DNA from: Hormiphora californensis | Lineage: Eukaryota > Animalia > Ctenophora | Assembly: GCA_020137815.1 (NCBI GenBank) | Contig: CM035355.1 | Span: forward strand, 7,998,001 to 8,062,000 | Length of the DNA: 64,000 bases | Reading direction: 5' to 3' | In this document: in pieces, positions 50,333 to 64,000 of the stretch | Layout: every line of letters begins with the position of its first letter | Numbering within the stretch: position 1 is the first letter of the stretch | The notes under the pieces: generated by a model | Told to the model about the DNA's origin: nothing | What the model saw: only the letters and a program-made list of their open reading frames with translations | Databases searched by the model: none | Program-made: the position numbers and the translations under genes

Positions 50333-51114
50333 TGCCGACAACTACTTCTCAACCCCCGCCCTAGTCCTCAACCTTCTCGAGAATGGAATCTATTATACTG
50401 GGGTAGTTTCAGCAGGTCGAAAAGGAATGCCATCGTTTCCTGCAGATAAGGACATGTCACGTGGAGAGATGAAGATATTCCGGTCACCTGCCGCATCTGC
50501 AGTAGCATCTACGGCAATAAACGTGGTAAAATGGATCGACAACAAGGCTGTTCATGTCATTACAAGCGCCAATAGCTGGGAAAAGTCGAAACAGTCCAGA
50601 GAAGAGTGAAGGGGAAGGCAACAAAGTCGTCCTTTCTATGCCCAGAAGTGATCAAGTCCTACAATGCCTATATGGGGGAGTCGACTTGCAAGACAGACTG
50701 TCTATTACTTGTGGAACTGATAGGAGGACGAAGCACAGGTACTATCTCAGACTAGTGTTTAGTTTTATGGACCAAACACTCATGAACTCACGAATAGCTT
50801 ACCAGGCCATCCATCCAAACAAAACTGAAACTTCGAAAGAGTTTCGTTTGGCAGTTTGTAGAGGTATTATAGTTGAGGACTTTAGTTGTATAGAACGAGC
50901 ATTCCCATTGCAACAGGTCAAGAAAGACGGATCCTCTGCTCCAGCTCTTTCTGGGAGCCATCTTCCAGTTTACCTCGATCAGAGGCGTAGGTGTAATGTT
51001 TGCAAATCGGACAAGAAAACCTATATTGGTTGTTCGGCTAGTGGTTGTAAAGGGAGGGGGTTCTGTCTGACTCAAAATCGAAACTGTTTTTATCATCACC
51101 ATCAGTTAGAATGA
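50333..51114 (+). pseudogene. piggyBac transposase C-terminal fragment (right arm, inverted copy)
   Basis: ADNYFSTPALVLNLLENGIYYTG, KWIDNK, GGVDLQD and the same Cys-rich tail; frameshifted. Confidence 0.88.
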
Positions 51115-51255
51115 TTAGACTATTATTGATTGGATTTGTATTGATAGGAGTAATTGGTTGTACATGAAATAAAGATTGAAATTTGAGTTTTTGAATCCGA
51201 ATTATGATTTTTTTCCTATACGACCCACTGGGTCATATATGACCCAAATCTAGTA

Positions 51256-51375
51256 GTTTAGTTTAAAATAAATGGAACGAAAAACAGTGAGAATTAATAA
51301 ATAATTGATCCACTTCGTTCGGACTAAAAAAAAGGAAGAAAAGAATATACACACACACACTCACACACACACACG

Positions 51376-51412
<37 letters not shown>

Positions 51413-51667
51413 ACTCACACACGCTCACGCACACTCACACCCCCGCACGCACACACACACAAAAAAAACGGACACACAACACACACGCATACAATCACCC
51501 ACACGCGTACACGCACAATCGCCCACTCGGACTCACAATCACCCAAAACACCAAAAAAACGCTCCCACTAAACTCTAACGAGACTGCAATAATGCACACA
51601 AAAAAAAATCACCAACTAACACAGTACATACCGGTCAAGCCCACACACGCACACACACACACACGTG

Positions 51668-51702
<35 letters not shown>

Positions 51703-53270
51703 GCACACCCAAGCATGCAGGTAGAGTTAGATAAACGTGGGCTGCAACTCTTCACCGGACATGAAGATTTATCAGTGGAACCGGTTCTTCGCCCTGAGGC
51801 AGTTAGCCGGGCCCAGGACTTTCAGATCTATGTGTGCGACATGCGGCCAGAAATTTGTTGAGTGGTGTGATCAGTTCGGGATTGAAGATGTGTGATGTGC
51901 TTTTGGATTTGAGTGATATTTGGAGAAGTTCTGGCGTGTTCTTTCTCAGTTCCTCGTACTCGGGACAGTCAAATAGAGCGTGTGTTTCATCCTCAAAGAT
52001 AGGGTCCGCCATAGGTAGCTGGTTGAGAGTATCGGCGTTTGATCTGTCAACACAGTAACGGCATGTGCGCAGGTCACCCGTGTAACGACCTGTTTCGATA
52101 AGGAGGTCGTGAGCACTGAGTCTCAGTTTGGCGACGTGTGTTCTGTCTTGTCTTCGTAGATCCAGGTATTGGGAGTATCCATACTCTTGTTTAATCGTGT
52201 TGAAGAAACTGAGTTTGGATTGGGTGCTGCGCAGTGCGTCCCAGTGGTGAACATGTTGGTGTTCAAGTTGGTCTCTGCCGCCTATCCTTAGGGTGGAGTC
52301 CCAAAAGTCAAACCACTCCAGGTTGAGAGTGCGTTGTTCACGGACGGCGAGGGCGAGTAGAGATGAGTCTTGGTCATCTGATGCTTTTGACAGGGCTCTA
52401 ATGAAATATTTCGAGCACTGCTGATGGACCGAGATTGATAGGGGTGCTCTTCCCGTTTCTCCGTACACTGCCGTGTTGGTTGTTTTGCTGTGCACACCCA
52501 GTACCCATTTGAGAAATCCAAGGTGTACTCGTTCAAAATGATCGGTAGATAGTCTCTTGAAGTATCCTTTATGGTCTAGATGATCTCCTCTGGTTCTCGC
52601 TCTTGCCGCTTGAGTGGTGGGTAGCCACACCGGTACTCCGTAAGTTAGGATGGGAGCAATTAGGTGGTCGAATAGCTTCATCAGACTCCAGCCCGAGAGA
52701 GCCTGTGAGTTTATTGTACGTTTGAGAACTAGACATGCACGTTTCCCTTTGGTTGATAGGTTTTCAATTGCTGGTTTGAGGGAACCTGTTGCGGAGAAGA
52801 TCAGGCCCAGATAGCAATAGTGCTTGGTTGGTTGAAGGGATTTGTTATTTAGCTTGAATCCATAGCTTTCCGGTAGAAGTCTGCCCTGATTGTTAAAAAC
52901 TAACACCTGGGTTTTGTCAATATTAACTTCAAGTTCCCACGTCCTTGTGTAGTGACCCAGGGTGTCTAGAAGAGACTGTAAAGAAGTCTTGTTGAGAGCC
53001 AGGACCACAATGTCGTCCGCCCACATCAGGTTATTGGTTGGCTTGTTGTCAAGTTGGGGGAAAGTTCCTGGTGTTTCGTTGAGAAGATGGGATAGCTCGT
53101 GAACAAACATTTTAAATAGTTCGGGGGATAAGGGGTGCCCCTGTTCGGTGCCGATTAGGACGCAGAACGACTCAGACAGTTTGTCCGCCAGCCTTATGCA
53201 CGTAGTTGATCCCTCGTACATATTCTGGAGACAGGAAAAGAAGTTGCCGCCGACCCCAATTTTTGAAATC
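51256..53270 (-). mobile_element. 5'-truncated non-LTR retrotransposon (RT C-half plus C-terminal Cys/His domain) inside piggyBac
   Basis: ORF 51803-53221 has GTEQGHPLSPELF, WADD, YCYLG, KLRLSAHDLLIETGRY and C..C..EDETHALFDCPEY, followed by a (GT)n-rich 3' UTR. Confidence 0.88.
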
Positions 53271-54876
53271 GCTATAGCTCAGTCAATTTTTAATATTTTT
53301 TGATGCGGCTTTTTTCTTGCAGTTCTAGTTGGTCTTCTTCTAAAGTGTTTAAAATTATAGAAAATTCGTAGGAGGCGTTTAGAAATGGCATCAAAAGTTA
53401 AAAAATGACCAAAATGAACATCATTTGGACCCAATTATCTAAACCTTAACATCAATGATTGCGGATGAAACTTTGATTTTTAGGTAGAGAAATGTCTAAA
53501 CTATCGTTTAGGCTTTAGTTTGGGCTCAAAAGTTAACCCTGAAGCTGGGAAATCAGTCTTCAGTGCAATGGGTCATATATGGCCTGTGGTCCTCAAAGGG
53601 TTAAAAGTGTTAACCTCCTATCTGAACTGTAATATCCGGTTGTGATCTGTTTTATCAACGTGTTTTAAAATGAGTGGCCGACAATTCTCTCTGTTCCATG
53701 GTGTAATTGTTGTTCATTGCACCTGTTTCTCTTTTCCAAAAAGACAACCTTGTTTCAATTTGATATGAATTTGGAGAGTGGTGTGTTGCTACAATTGTTC
53801 CCCTCGCTCTCTCTTTCTCTGATCACCCAAGCAATTAAACACCTCGCTTGACCCTCTTAATTGAGGGGCCTCACCAAGCGCTTGGTCAGTACACGAACTG
53901 ATGTGGTGTACTGGGTCGGTGTAATCGTGGTTGAGTAATGAGGGATGTGCCCGCCCTTTTTAGGGGAGGCTGGCTGTTTAAAGACAAACAGGGGTAGTAA
54001 TAGTTCCCATGTTTGTCTTAAAAGAGGCGGAATACTCAACAAGCCAGACAAGCGTAGAAGGCTAGGCCCTTGTCAGCGCACAATGCTGTCTGAGAGAGGG
54101 TCGCGCGTTCCAGCAAGTTGCGCCGCGCGCACGTGTTGTTATAGATGTGACCAGATTTGGAGCTCAAGGTAGGAGTAGGACACACAAACTGAAACACACC
54201 ACTCTCTCTCTCTCTCTCTCTCTCTCCCTTTCTCTCTCTCCTCTCTCTCTCTCTCTCCTCTCTCTCCTCTCTCTCAGCTCCTGCTGGTTTGGCCGTGGGA
54301 AAACTGCTTGTTTCTGCAGTGTGTGTATTTTTACACAGCAGGATATTTGTTCACGATGGGGGATACAAAATGTGTAAAACCTCTACTTTTAGAAGTGACT
54401 CTGAGAGGAACAGATCTAAGAGTCACCGCTGTCACTCTAAACAGACACACTGTTCATGTTTTCTGTTTTGTGAAATCCTTTCTGGCGGCGCCCGATACAC
54501 TGTCGTTTTGAGAGTCAAATGCAAAGACGAAACGGAAAGGGGATCTGTCGCCGCCAGGTACGGGAATTGCCACCATGTTCTTTGTGTAAACTGTGTATGC
54601 CTGGTATAATAATAATACTCGTCGGATCGCGTACACTCAATCTCTCTATCTCTCTACTATATATATATACTATCCCATTCCCAACTGAGTTGGCAACTCA
54701 TTTGACCAAATTCGCCGATCTGCAACCATTTCAAACAGGGCGCTACTCTAGCAGCTACAGTCTCTCAGTCTCCCAGTTCTATAGAAATCGAGACTGAGAG
54801 CCAGATTTTGTCCAATGTAAGATGATCAGTATCGCTGGAGTGCATTGTAACACAGTAGAACTAGGTTGCCTTGTCC

Positions 54877-54977
54877 CAGGAACCGACCGAATCAGGAAAT
54901 ACTGGTCCCTGATTGGCTGATAACCAGTCACGTGACCGAAATAACGAGTTCTGATTGGTTGTTTCGGTCGGTTCCTG
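54877..54977. mobile_element. 101-bp MITE, hAT/P-like (CAG termini, 8-bp TSD)
   Basis: TIR CAGGAACCGACCGA/TCGGTCGGTTCCTG; flanks CCTTGTCC and CCTTGCCC; contains GTCACGTGAC and two ATTGG. Confidence 0.85.
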
Positions 54978-55813
54978 CCTTGCCCTGTTTTTCGTGCCTC
55001 AGGGTGGTGATAGAGGTAGCGGGGCAGGGGTCTCACACACGCCGAGAGACCGAGGGGGACTGGGGTAGTGTAGGGGGACCCCTCGATGGGACCAAGGGGC
55101 AGCGGCCGAGAAAGGAGGCCAGTAGTAGCAGGAAGTGGGACCAGAGGGTCAAAGGAGTCTAGGGGGACCAGGGGGAGTCGTGGGAGTCTAGGCCAGGGTA
55201 CCAGAAGGGGGACCGGGGAGTGGAACCGATTGGTGGGAGGCATGGGGAGTCTACTAGGGTAGTATCTAGGGCCGTAGCCACGAAGGGTCAGTACGATCAG
55301 TAGAACAAAATTCAAAACAAGTTGTATTTTTGTGTTGTGCTCAACAAAATGGTAGAATATAAACAAATTTTAACACAGACATACAGCACCCACATCAAAT
55401 CTGATAGATAATATCTTCTTCACTCCCAAATAATATCTGACCAGATACATATATCTCGATGATCTTCACTGAGAGTGAGATATTATGGATCAGATATCTC
55501 CACATATATCAACTCAGAGGGAGAGATCACATCACCCTCTCAGATATCTCTCTCAGATATCTCTCTCTGATATCATCATTTTCTGAAAACACACACACAC
55601 AAAGGAAAGGTTAAAACTGGCTCACTAGTTATTCCTACTGTTAAATACGTAATTAGTAATTATAGTGTAATTACTTGAATTAGTTAAATTTCAGCTCATT
55701 ACTCATCAGATCTCTCACATTTCACACGTTCTATCGGTAGTCGCAACACTTGCATGATGGCAGAGCAGTGCTTGTAAACAAGGACCAGAAACGGTGAGAA
55801 GCAAGGCACACTC

Positions 55814-55915
<102 letters not shown>

Positions 55916-56349
55916 ATCTCTCTCTCTCTCTCTCTCACTCTCTAACTGCCAGAGAGTTGTTTGATAAAATTCGTAAAAACAAGCCAAGGTTGACACTGAT
56001 ATCCGAATCGCACAACCATCACACAAGAACTGATATCCTCGTTCAAATTCATTCTCTACTTCTACTACACTCAACACAACAGATATATATTAATTCGCAA
56101 TTCTCAAATTAAATAATAAATAATGGGATAATTTCCCGATATAATTTACAAAAACAATAAATCCAGATCATATAATGTCTCTGATATATATATTTGTCCT
56201 TTACTGCTTCTCGCGCTATTCTCTCTCATATCTGATATATCTCTCTCTGACTGAATACCACTAACAACCAGTGTCTTATACTGCAGTATTATACTGGAGA
56301 GTGTCTCTCTCTCTCCTTCATTACCATATAGTACATGGTACCCTCTCCT

Positions 56350-57350
56350 TCACAGGTGAGTTAAAGGCTGCATAGCCCCACCACCCATCAGTCCCGTGTG
56401 ATCTGGGTGCATCATGGCTCCGTAGTGAGTGGGATCTTGTGCTGTTAGGTACATGTTGATCATATCCGTCAAGTCCCTCGGGCACTTCTCGGACGAGTTC
56501 CCTATCGTTGGGGATGATATCACGCTCTCTGTCTTCACCTGTTGTTGAGGCTCCGTCTTGAGGTTCAGTGTTGGGGTGGTAGTCGTGGTGACTGGCTGGG
56601 GCCGGTACATTGGGGAGAGATCCTGGGACCCGTACGGGCTGGTACACGTGTTAACTGGGCTCATGTACCCATGGTACGGGTTACTAACAAACTCAGGGTA
56701 CCTGGTTCCAAGATCAGCTGCTGTGGTACCGTACTGGACAGCGGTGGCAGACCGGTGGAGGGTGGATACCTGGCTCTGGTAGACGTCCATCATAGCTTTA
56801 TAGGTACTGGTGGGGATGTACCCTGAATTGGTTGGGATGGAACTCTGGATGTAACTGGACCTGTCCATCAGGAGACCCCTGTCAGTCCACATGGCACCCC
56901 ATATCTGTCCTTCTTTAGAGCAGCCTTGGCCTTCCTTCGTGGTCGGTATTTGTAGTCAGGGAATTCCTTCATGTGCAGGGCTCTGAGCCTCTTAGCCTCC
57001 TCGATAAACGGTTTCTTCTCGTCCTTCTGTCAGCATTTCCAGTCGAGGCCGAGCCGTTTAGAGATCTCAGAATTGTGCATTTTCGGGTTTTCCTGGGCCA
57101 TCTTCCTCCTCTGACCCCTGCTCCACACCATGAATGCGTTCATTGGCCGCTTTATCCGCTCCGTCTTCTCCTTGTTGGTGTGTGTGGTCTGGTGGTGTCC
57201 CGGGTGGGATGCAGGAAGGGTGGCTGGAGAGGGTATCTGGTGGGGTAGAGTCTGGATCACGGAGTTTAAACCTCCCAGCGTTGTCAAGGAACTGGTTGGC
57301 ACGTAACTATGGTGACCAGAAACTCCACCACTCGTCATGTTCATCATCAT
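56350..57350 (-). CDS. SoxB: SoxB (SoxB1-like) HMG-box transcription factor, intronless, with probable assembly indels
   Basis: [67 protein letters not shown]. The C-terminus has [14 protein letters not shown] and PLTHL. Compensating indels near 57030 and a frameshift near 56900. Confidence 0.9.
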
Positions 57351-57519
57351 GTTAGCTGCTGGGCTGCTGTGTGGATTTCCGCAAACAATGAATGGGGTGT
57401 AAAGCAACTAAGAGTTTTGACAATTCACAGTACAAGGCACGTATTAAGAAGATGGTGGTCTGTATGGTGTGTGTTGAGAGAGGGATGGTGGGAGAGCGCT
57501 CTCTCTCCCAACGCGCGCC

Positions 57520-57645
57520 TCCTCAGGTCACGTGGTCTCCAAGTCACGTGATCTACAGGGCACTCCGCGAACTGCGTGATGCGAGCGAGAGGAGGTCACG
57601 TGCTCACCGGCCAATCAGAGAGCAGGATGGGAGGTCACGTGATAC
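57520..57645. promoter_or_regulatory. Putative SoxB promoter: four GTCACGTG E-boxes plus CCAAT
   Basis: GTCACGTG at ~57526, 57543, 57595 and 57634 and CCAAT at 57611, 170-290 bp upstream of the ATG. Confidence 0.5.
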
Positions 57646-58119
57646 GGAGTGGTGTTCTCACATCATACTGCTCGTTCTCTCTCCGGCTGAGAGCTACTGT
57701 TGCCTGAAACGGGAGGGGGCTTGTCAGGAGTGTTGAGGGGGAGGAGCTGGGTTGCACTCTAAAAATGGGATCCAGGGAGTTTTATTAGACACACCGCAAT
57801 AGACAGCTAGACAGGGTGGCAGACAAACAAGACAAACAAGGATAGGAGATACTTCTGAGAGGGTATAACGAGATATGGGTTGGTGGAGATGTCAGAGAGG
57901 GATGTGAGTTTAGAGATGTGAAGAGGGAGGTTTTCAAGTTGGAAGTTCTGAGGGCATAATGTGAGATATGGGGTGTCAGAGAGGGATGTGAATTTAGAGA
58001 GAGAGACGGTACACAAATCGTAGTACAATGTTCCACACTGTGTCTACTACATTTATACACACGGTGTGAGCATTCATAATTCATGAGCAGCTTTCTATCC
58101 TCTCTCTCTCTCTCTCTCA

Positions 58120-58218
<99 letters not shown>

Positions 58219-58854
58219 TCTCTCTCTCTCATTCTTTCTCTCTCCACCTCTCTCTCCCGCGGTCTCTCTTCCCCGCCATTCCTAAATTCTGCAGGCTATA
58301 CCATTTGACGCCCAACTAACTCCCAAGCAAAGCATGAATTTCTTACCAAGATTCACCAGTTCACACTAGCATTCCCATTCACGCCGAGATCAACAGATAA
58401 TGCACTCACTGGGATCCAGCATATAGAATGAACTACTACTAGGGAGCTAATGCTGCAACATCAGAGGTAGTACAACAGTGAACATTGCATGGCTCTAGAG
58501 AGGGAGCACAACAACTACAACAGCACAGCGAAGAAGGAGCTCTAGAGACTACAACAACAGCGCAGGTCGCATTATGAGAAGTGACTCGAACACAATCGCA
58601 CAATACAACAATTTCAATGGTTTGAATAAGAATACAGGCCTCTCTCTCATTCATTGTCTCTCTCCCTCTCATTGTGTGTGTCTCTCTCTCTCTCCTTCCC
58701 TCTCGACAATGCGCTACGCTCAGCTATTGTGGACTACCTCTCTCCCTTAGAGTCTCTCTCCCTCCCTCTCTCCCTAAGAGATGTATATAACAACTCCACC
58801 AAACAATACTCAACACATAATACCCAGATCTCTCACAAAGAAGACACAATGTTA

Positions 58855-60650
58855 GAGGTGATACAATGTATTCTGGATACAATGAACACCACACACATGA
58901 TACAATGAACACCACACACATGATACAATGTATTCTGGATACAATGAACACCACACACATGATACAATGTATTCTGGATACAATGAACACCACACACATG
59001 ATACAATGTATTCTGGATACAATGAACACCACACACGTGATACAATGTATTCTGGATACAATGAACACCACACACATGATACAATGTATTCTGGATACAA
59101 TGAACACCACACACATGATACAATGTATTCTGGATACAATGAACACCACACACATGATACAATGTATTCTGGATACAATGAACACCACACACATGATACA
59201 ATGTATTCTGGATACAATGAACACCACACACATGATACAATGTATTCTGGGTACAATGAACACCACACACATGATACAATGTATTCTGGATACAATGAAC
59301 ACCACACACATGATACAATGTATTCTGGATACAATGAACACCACACACATGATACAATGTATTCTGGATACAATGAACACCACACACATGATACAATGTA
59401 TTCTGGATACAATGAACACCACACACATGATACAATGTATTCTGGATACAATGAACACCACACACATGATACAATGTATTCTGGATACAATGAACACCAC
59501 ACACACATGATACAATGTATTCTGGATACAATGAACACCACACACATGATACAATGTATTCTGGATACAATGAACACCACACACATGATACAATGTATTC
59601 TGGATACAATGAACACCACACACATGATACAATGTATTCTGGATACAATGAACACCACACACATGATACAATGTATTCTGGATACAATGAACACCACACA
59701 CATGATACAATGTATTCTGGATACAATGAACACCACACACATGATACAATGTATTCTGGATACAATGAACACCACACACATGATACAATGTATTCTGGAT
59801 ACAATGAACACCACACACATGATACAATGTATTCTGGATACAATGAACACCACACACATGATACAATGTATTCTGGATACAATGAACACCACACACATGA
59901 TACAATGTATTCTGGATACAATGAACACCACACACATGATACAATGTATTCTGGATACAATGAACACCACACACATGATACAATGTATTCTGGATACAAT
60001 GAACACCACACACATGATACAATGTATTCTGGATACAATGAACACCACACACATGATACAATGTATTCTGGATACAATGAAACACCACACACATGATACA
60101 ATGTATTCTGGATACAATGAACACCACACACATGATACAATGTATTCTGGATACAATGAACACCACACACATGATACAATGTATTCTGGATACAATGAAC
60201 ACCACACACATGATACAATGTATTCTGGATACAATGAACACCACACACATGATACAATGTATTCTGGATACAATGAACACCACACACATGATACAATGTA
60301 TTCTGGATACAATGAACACCACACATGATACAATGTATTCTGGATACAATGAACACCACACACATGATACAATGTATTCTGGATACAATGAACACCACAC
60401 ACATGATACAATGTATTCTGGATACAATGAACACCACACACATGATACAATGTATTCTGGATACAATGAACACCACACACATGATACAATGTATTCTGGA
60501 TACAATGAACACCACACACATGATACAATGTATTCTGGATACAATGAACACCACACACATGATACAATGTATTCTGGATACAATGAACACCACACACATG
60601 ATACAATGTATTCTGGATACAATGAACACCACACACATGATACAATGAAT
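58855..60650. repeat. 39-bp minisatellite (~46 copies)
   Basis: Unit GATACAATGTATTCTGGATACAATGAACACCACACACAT; it explains the 13-aa periodic ORFs. Confidence 0.97.
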
Positions 60651-61855
60651 ATACCGAGAGAGACAATACCCACCCACCAGATGTGTGAGACAATGTTATA
60701 CACCAAGAACGGCAGGTACCTCCAATGACCAATAGCCCCACATTGGGGTTGTGTGAGAGACAATGTTATACACCAAGAACGGCAGGTACCTCCAATGACC
60801 AATAGCCCCACATTGGGGGTGTGTGAGAGACAATGATATATTTATTGTCCATGGTGGGCTGTATTATTATTATTATATTCAAGGCTGTTGTTACAAAGCT
60901 GTACACATTCATCTCCCACTATCATGTGTGTGTGTGTGTCATTGTATACCCTAGGGAGGCCATGTTGAATGCAGTCCCATTATTATTGTGTGTGTGGGGG
61001 TTGAATGCAGTCCCATTATTGTGTGTGTGTGTGGGGATGAATGCAGTCCCATTATTGTGTGTGTGGGGGTTGAATGCAGTCCATTGTGGGCTCCCATTAT
61101 TGTGAGTCCCATTATATGTTGAACCATTATTGTGCCTCTTTGATCCATTATTGTGTCTTGTTCATGTACACAATTGTACCTCCCATTATACTCTCAATAA
61201 CCCTCGTTCTGTGTCCATGCTGCTGCAGTTCAGTGTGTGTCCATTATATATGGACCTCATCCAGGTGGGACGGTGCACACTATATCATGGAGACTATATA
61301 GTAGTCCCATTATTGGACTGCCTTGTTCGTAGATCTTCAATGCTGCAGTGTGTCCATTATGGGGATCAAGGTGGCCAAACATTGTAGAGACTATAAGTTG
61401 ATGTCAGATTCAAGATATATTTACAAGCTGAATCAGCTGATAAGATGTCCTTTGTTATAGGCTTGAGTTCCTAAACACTAAATCTATCTAGTTGGCAGCA
61501 CTGTAATGTTCCCCTCAGGACCCCCATCCTTTTTGTGTTCAGATTTTGCCCGAACTAACTAGTTACTAGTTCTAGTTACTAGTTACTAGTTACCTTTCAG
61601 GGCAGTGTTCCTAATTAGTTATTGTTTAGCATTTAATTAGTGAGTATTTCTCAATTCCTGGCAGTTTTTAGTTTCGCAATGCACCCTTTTCTTCGTTTTT
61701 GAAACATTGTGCCCTTCTCTATCTCTATCTCCCTCTCTATCTCTCTATCTCCCTCAACCCCCCTCCCCCCTCGTTGACCAATCAGCCCCTTCTCGATGTG
61801 GGGGACCTCGATCTCTGTCTTCTTTCTCTCGCCCTAGCCTCATGTCCCCATTCCC

Positions 61856-61899
<44 letters not shown>

Positions 61900-61984
61900 T
61901 TCTCTCTTCTCTCTCTCGCTAGCAAATAATTTGTGCTTCAGTTTGTTTGCCTTGGAAAACAATTATACCCCTCCTGAAAGAAAT

Positions 61985-62024
<40 letters not shown>

Positions 62025-63674
62025 GGAAAAGAATATAGATTAATAGAGGAGAAATTGAGAAAAGAAGAGAGAAGAAAGACGAGAGTATATATTTTTCCCC
62101 CTCTGGGACCCGAATGACTTACTTTTCGTTATAAAAGACCCAAAGATATAGAGCGGGAAAGGGGACAAAGACATTTCCCCTGTTTTTTGACGAACAAGAT
62201 TCTTTACCCCCCCAAGGACGATTATTCTCCGCCCCCCCCCCAACCGGCCCCCCCCCCCAAAGGTCCAAACAACCCCTTTCCAGTAGGTGTGGCTGGTAGT
62301 ATAACAGGAGGGGTGACTCATGAGTCACCAATATTAAATCGTGTGTGTGGATCTATTCCAGTGATCTATGGATGGGAGGTGGCCCTTTTCAGGGTTCAAA
62401 ACGTATTTAGACAGTTAGCAGTAACACCACTACTCACTAGGTTGGCAAGAAACTAATATTACTAATTTTAGTGAATATATCACTAATTTTAGTGAATATA
62501 TCACTAATATTAGTCAAGTCCCTCACACTCCAGTAGAACTTGTTGAGTAAGGGGGAACAAAGTAGAACACAATGATAATGGTAGGGTCGCTATTTGAGAT
62601 TTCATTGTGTGAGAATTGTATTGACAATATGAGTGACTATGCTTTGTATTAGAAATCATAATGAGAGAGAGAGGTTAATTGTTGTCACCATTGTGGGGGG
62701 ATGAATCAGTCACTATTGTTGACAATCATTTTTTGTGTTGGTGGATACAATCTTGGGTGATAGATAATCTATGGTCCACTTCTTTTATCGTGATAGTTAA
62801 TATATCAGAACTGAATTTTCTCTCTCCTTTGCTCATATATATTCCTGGTAACACATACAAACCAAAATACAAGCTTTTTTTCTTGTTGGTAGGGAGTAAA
62901 CACGTGACTCTGTGGAGAACCAATCAGATTGCTCTGTTGCTATCACATGACTCTATGGAGAACCAATCAGATTGCTCTATTTCTGTCTCGTGTCCTATTG
63001 GTATCAGCGTACCCAGAGCTGTAGTGTGTCACTAGTGGATCCTTCTCTTTCCCTGCAGTCTCTCTCCCTCTTTTCTAGCCCTATCTCTCAGTGTTCTCAC
63101 TCTCTCTCTCACTCTGTCTCCTCTCTGTGCCTCACTCCCCTTCCCTCTCTTCCTCTAGATCTATCCCTCTCTTTTCTCTCTCTCTCCCCCCTCTCTCTCT
63201 TTACTTTCTCTCTCGCTTGCTCACTGCTCGGACCTGACACAATGGCATGGTATGAGCACATGTGCTATAATAGCCCTCGGACCAATGAGAAAGCTCGCTG
63301 AGAGTCACGTGAGTCAGGGAGCCAATGAGAGTGCTCCATTCTTCCAGGTCTGCCTGTCACGTGACCAGTCAAGTAGATAGAGAGTGGGATCTGGAACCCC
63401 CCTGATATCACCTGATATCACATTCATCAGAACGAAATGAATTACGTAGTTTGGCAATACTACATTTATATTGAATGTTATTGTCCATTTAATGAATTTT
63501 CAACATTGCGGTTCTTGCACCTCTGTGTTAAAAGCCCAAATAAAATAAAATCTGTTTGGAAGTGCAATAAAGAGAAAAGGATTTTGAAAACAAAGTCACA
63601 CACACAGAGTCACAGAACTATATTATTAAGATCCCTGAGGGGAGATCAGGTCACACACAACACTCCCTGAGGCG

Positions 63675-64000
63675 AGGAACATAAAGTGCAATTGGGTTCC
63701 TGGCTCAGGGGTGACTCCTGGGGGGGATCAAGTGTAACATAAAGTGTAATTGGGTTCCTGACTCAGGGGTGACTCCTGGGGGGATCAAGTATAACATAAA
63801 GTGCAATTGGGTTCCTGACTCAGGGGTGACTCCTGGGGGGATCAAGTATAACATAAAGTGCAATTGGGTTCCTGGCTCAGGGGTGACTCCTGGGGGGGAT
63901 CAAGTGTAACATAAAGTGCAATTGGGTTCCTGGCTCAGGGGTGACTCCTGGGGGGATCAAGTGTAACATAAAGTACAATTGGGTTCCTGACTCAGGGGTG
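63675..64000. repeat. ~57-bp tandem repeat running off the window
   Basis: Unit AACATAAAGTGCAATTGGGTTCCTGGCTCAGGGGTGACTCCTGGGGGGATCAAGTGT. Confidence 0.92.

Larger units (their letters stand above)
49044..53600 (-). mobile_element. Rearranged piggyBac DNA transposon
   Basis: TTAA|CCCTTTGAGGACCA ... TGGTCCTCAAAGGG|TTAA, with subterminal palindromes GGGTCATATATGACCC and transposase fragments inside. Confidence 0.93.

Noticed and set aside
58724-60811. Long ORFs (up to 695 aa) on both strands
   Set aside because: They arise from a 39-bp minisatellite that lacks stops in several frames; frames switch at unit indels and there is no non-repeat domain.

Overview
Animal genomic DNA, most likely a cydippid ctenophore (Pleurobrachia-like). 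That assignment is an inference from a 101-bp MITE, VTMVT-type palindromic repeats and an exon domain I recall from ctenophore gene models. Scattered indels in conserved genes suggest an imperfectly polished long-read assembly. Genes: DHX38/PRP16 (-, runs off the left edge), intronless RNFT1/2 (+), membralin/TMEM259 (+), a ~31-kb TUT4/7-type terminal uridylyltransferase (+) and an intronless SoxB (-). There is also a cryptic antisense gene (signal peptide, unnamed domain, Sushi, possibly a TM exon) inside or interleaved with the TUT gene, which the ORF track mostly misses. Mobile DNA: a nest of Helitron-like tandem units, foldback Tc1/mariner-type MITEs and a G-terminal TIR element in TUT intron 4, plus a piggyBac carrying an inverted duplication of its transposase and a LINE fragment. 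The most striking pattern is that many intronic tandem arrays are amplified copies of the gene's own splice junction, up to ~212 copies of one 3' splice site. In the cases I translated, the exon-adjacent copy is the one that gives the conserved protein.
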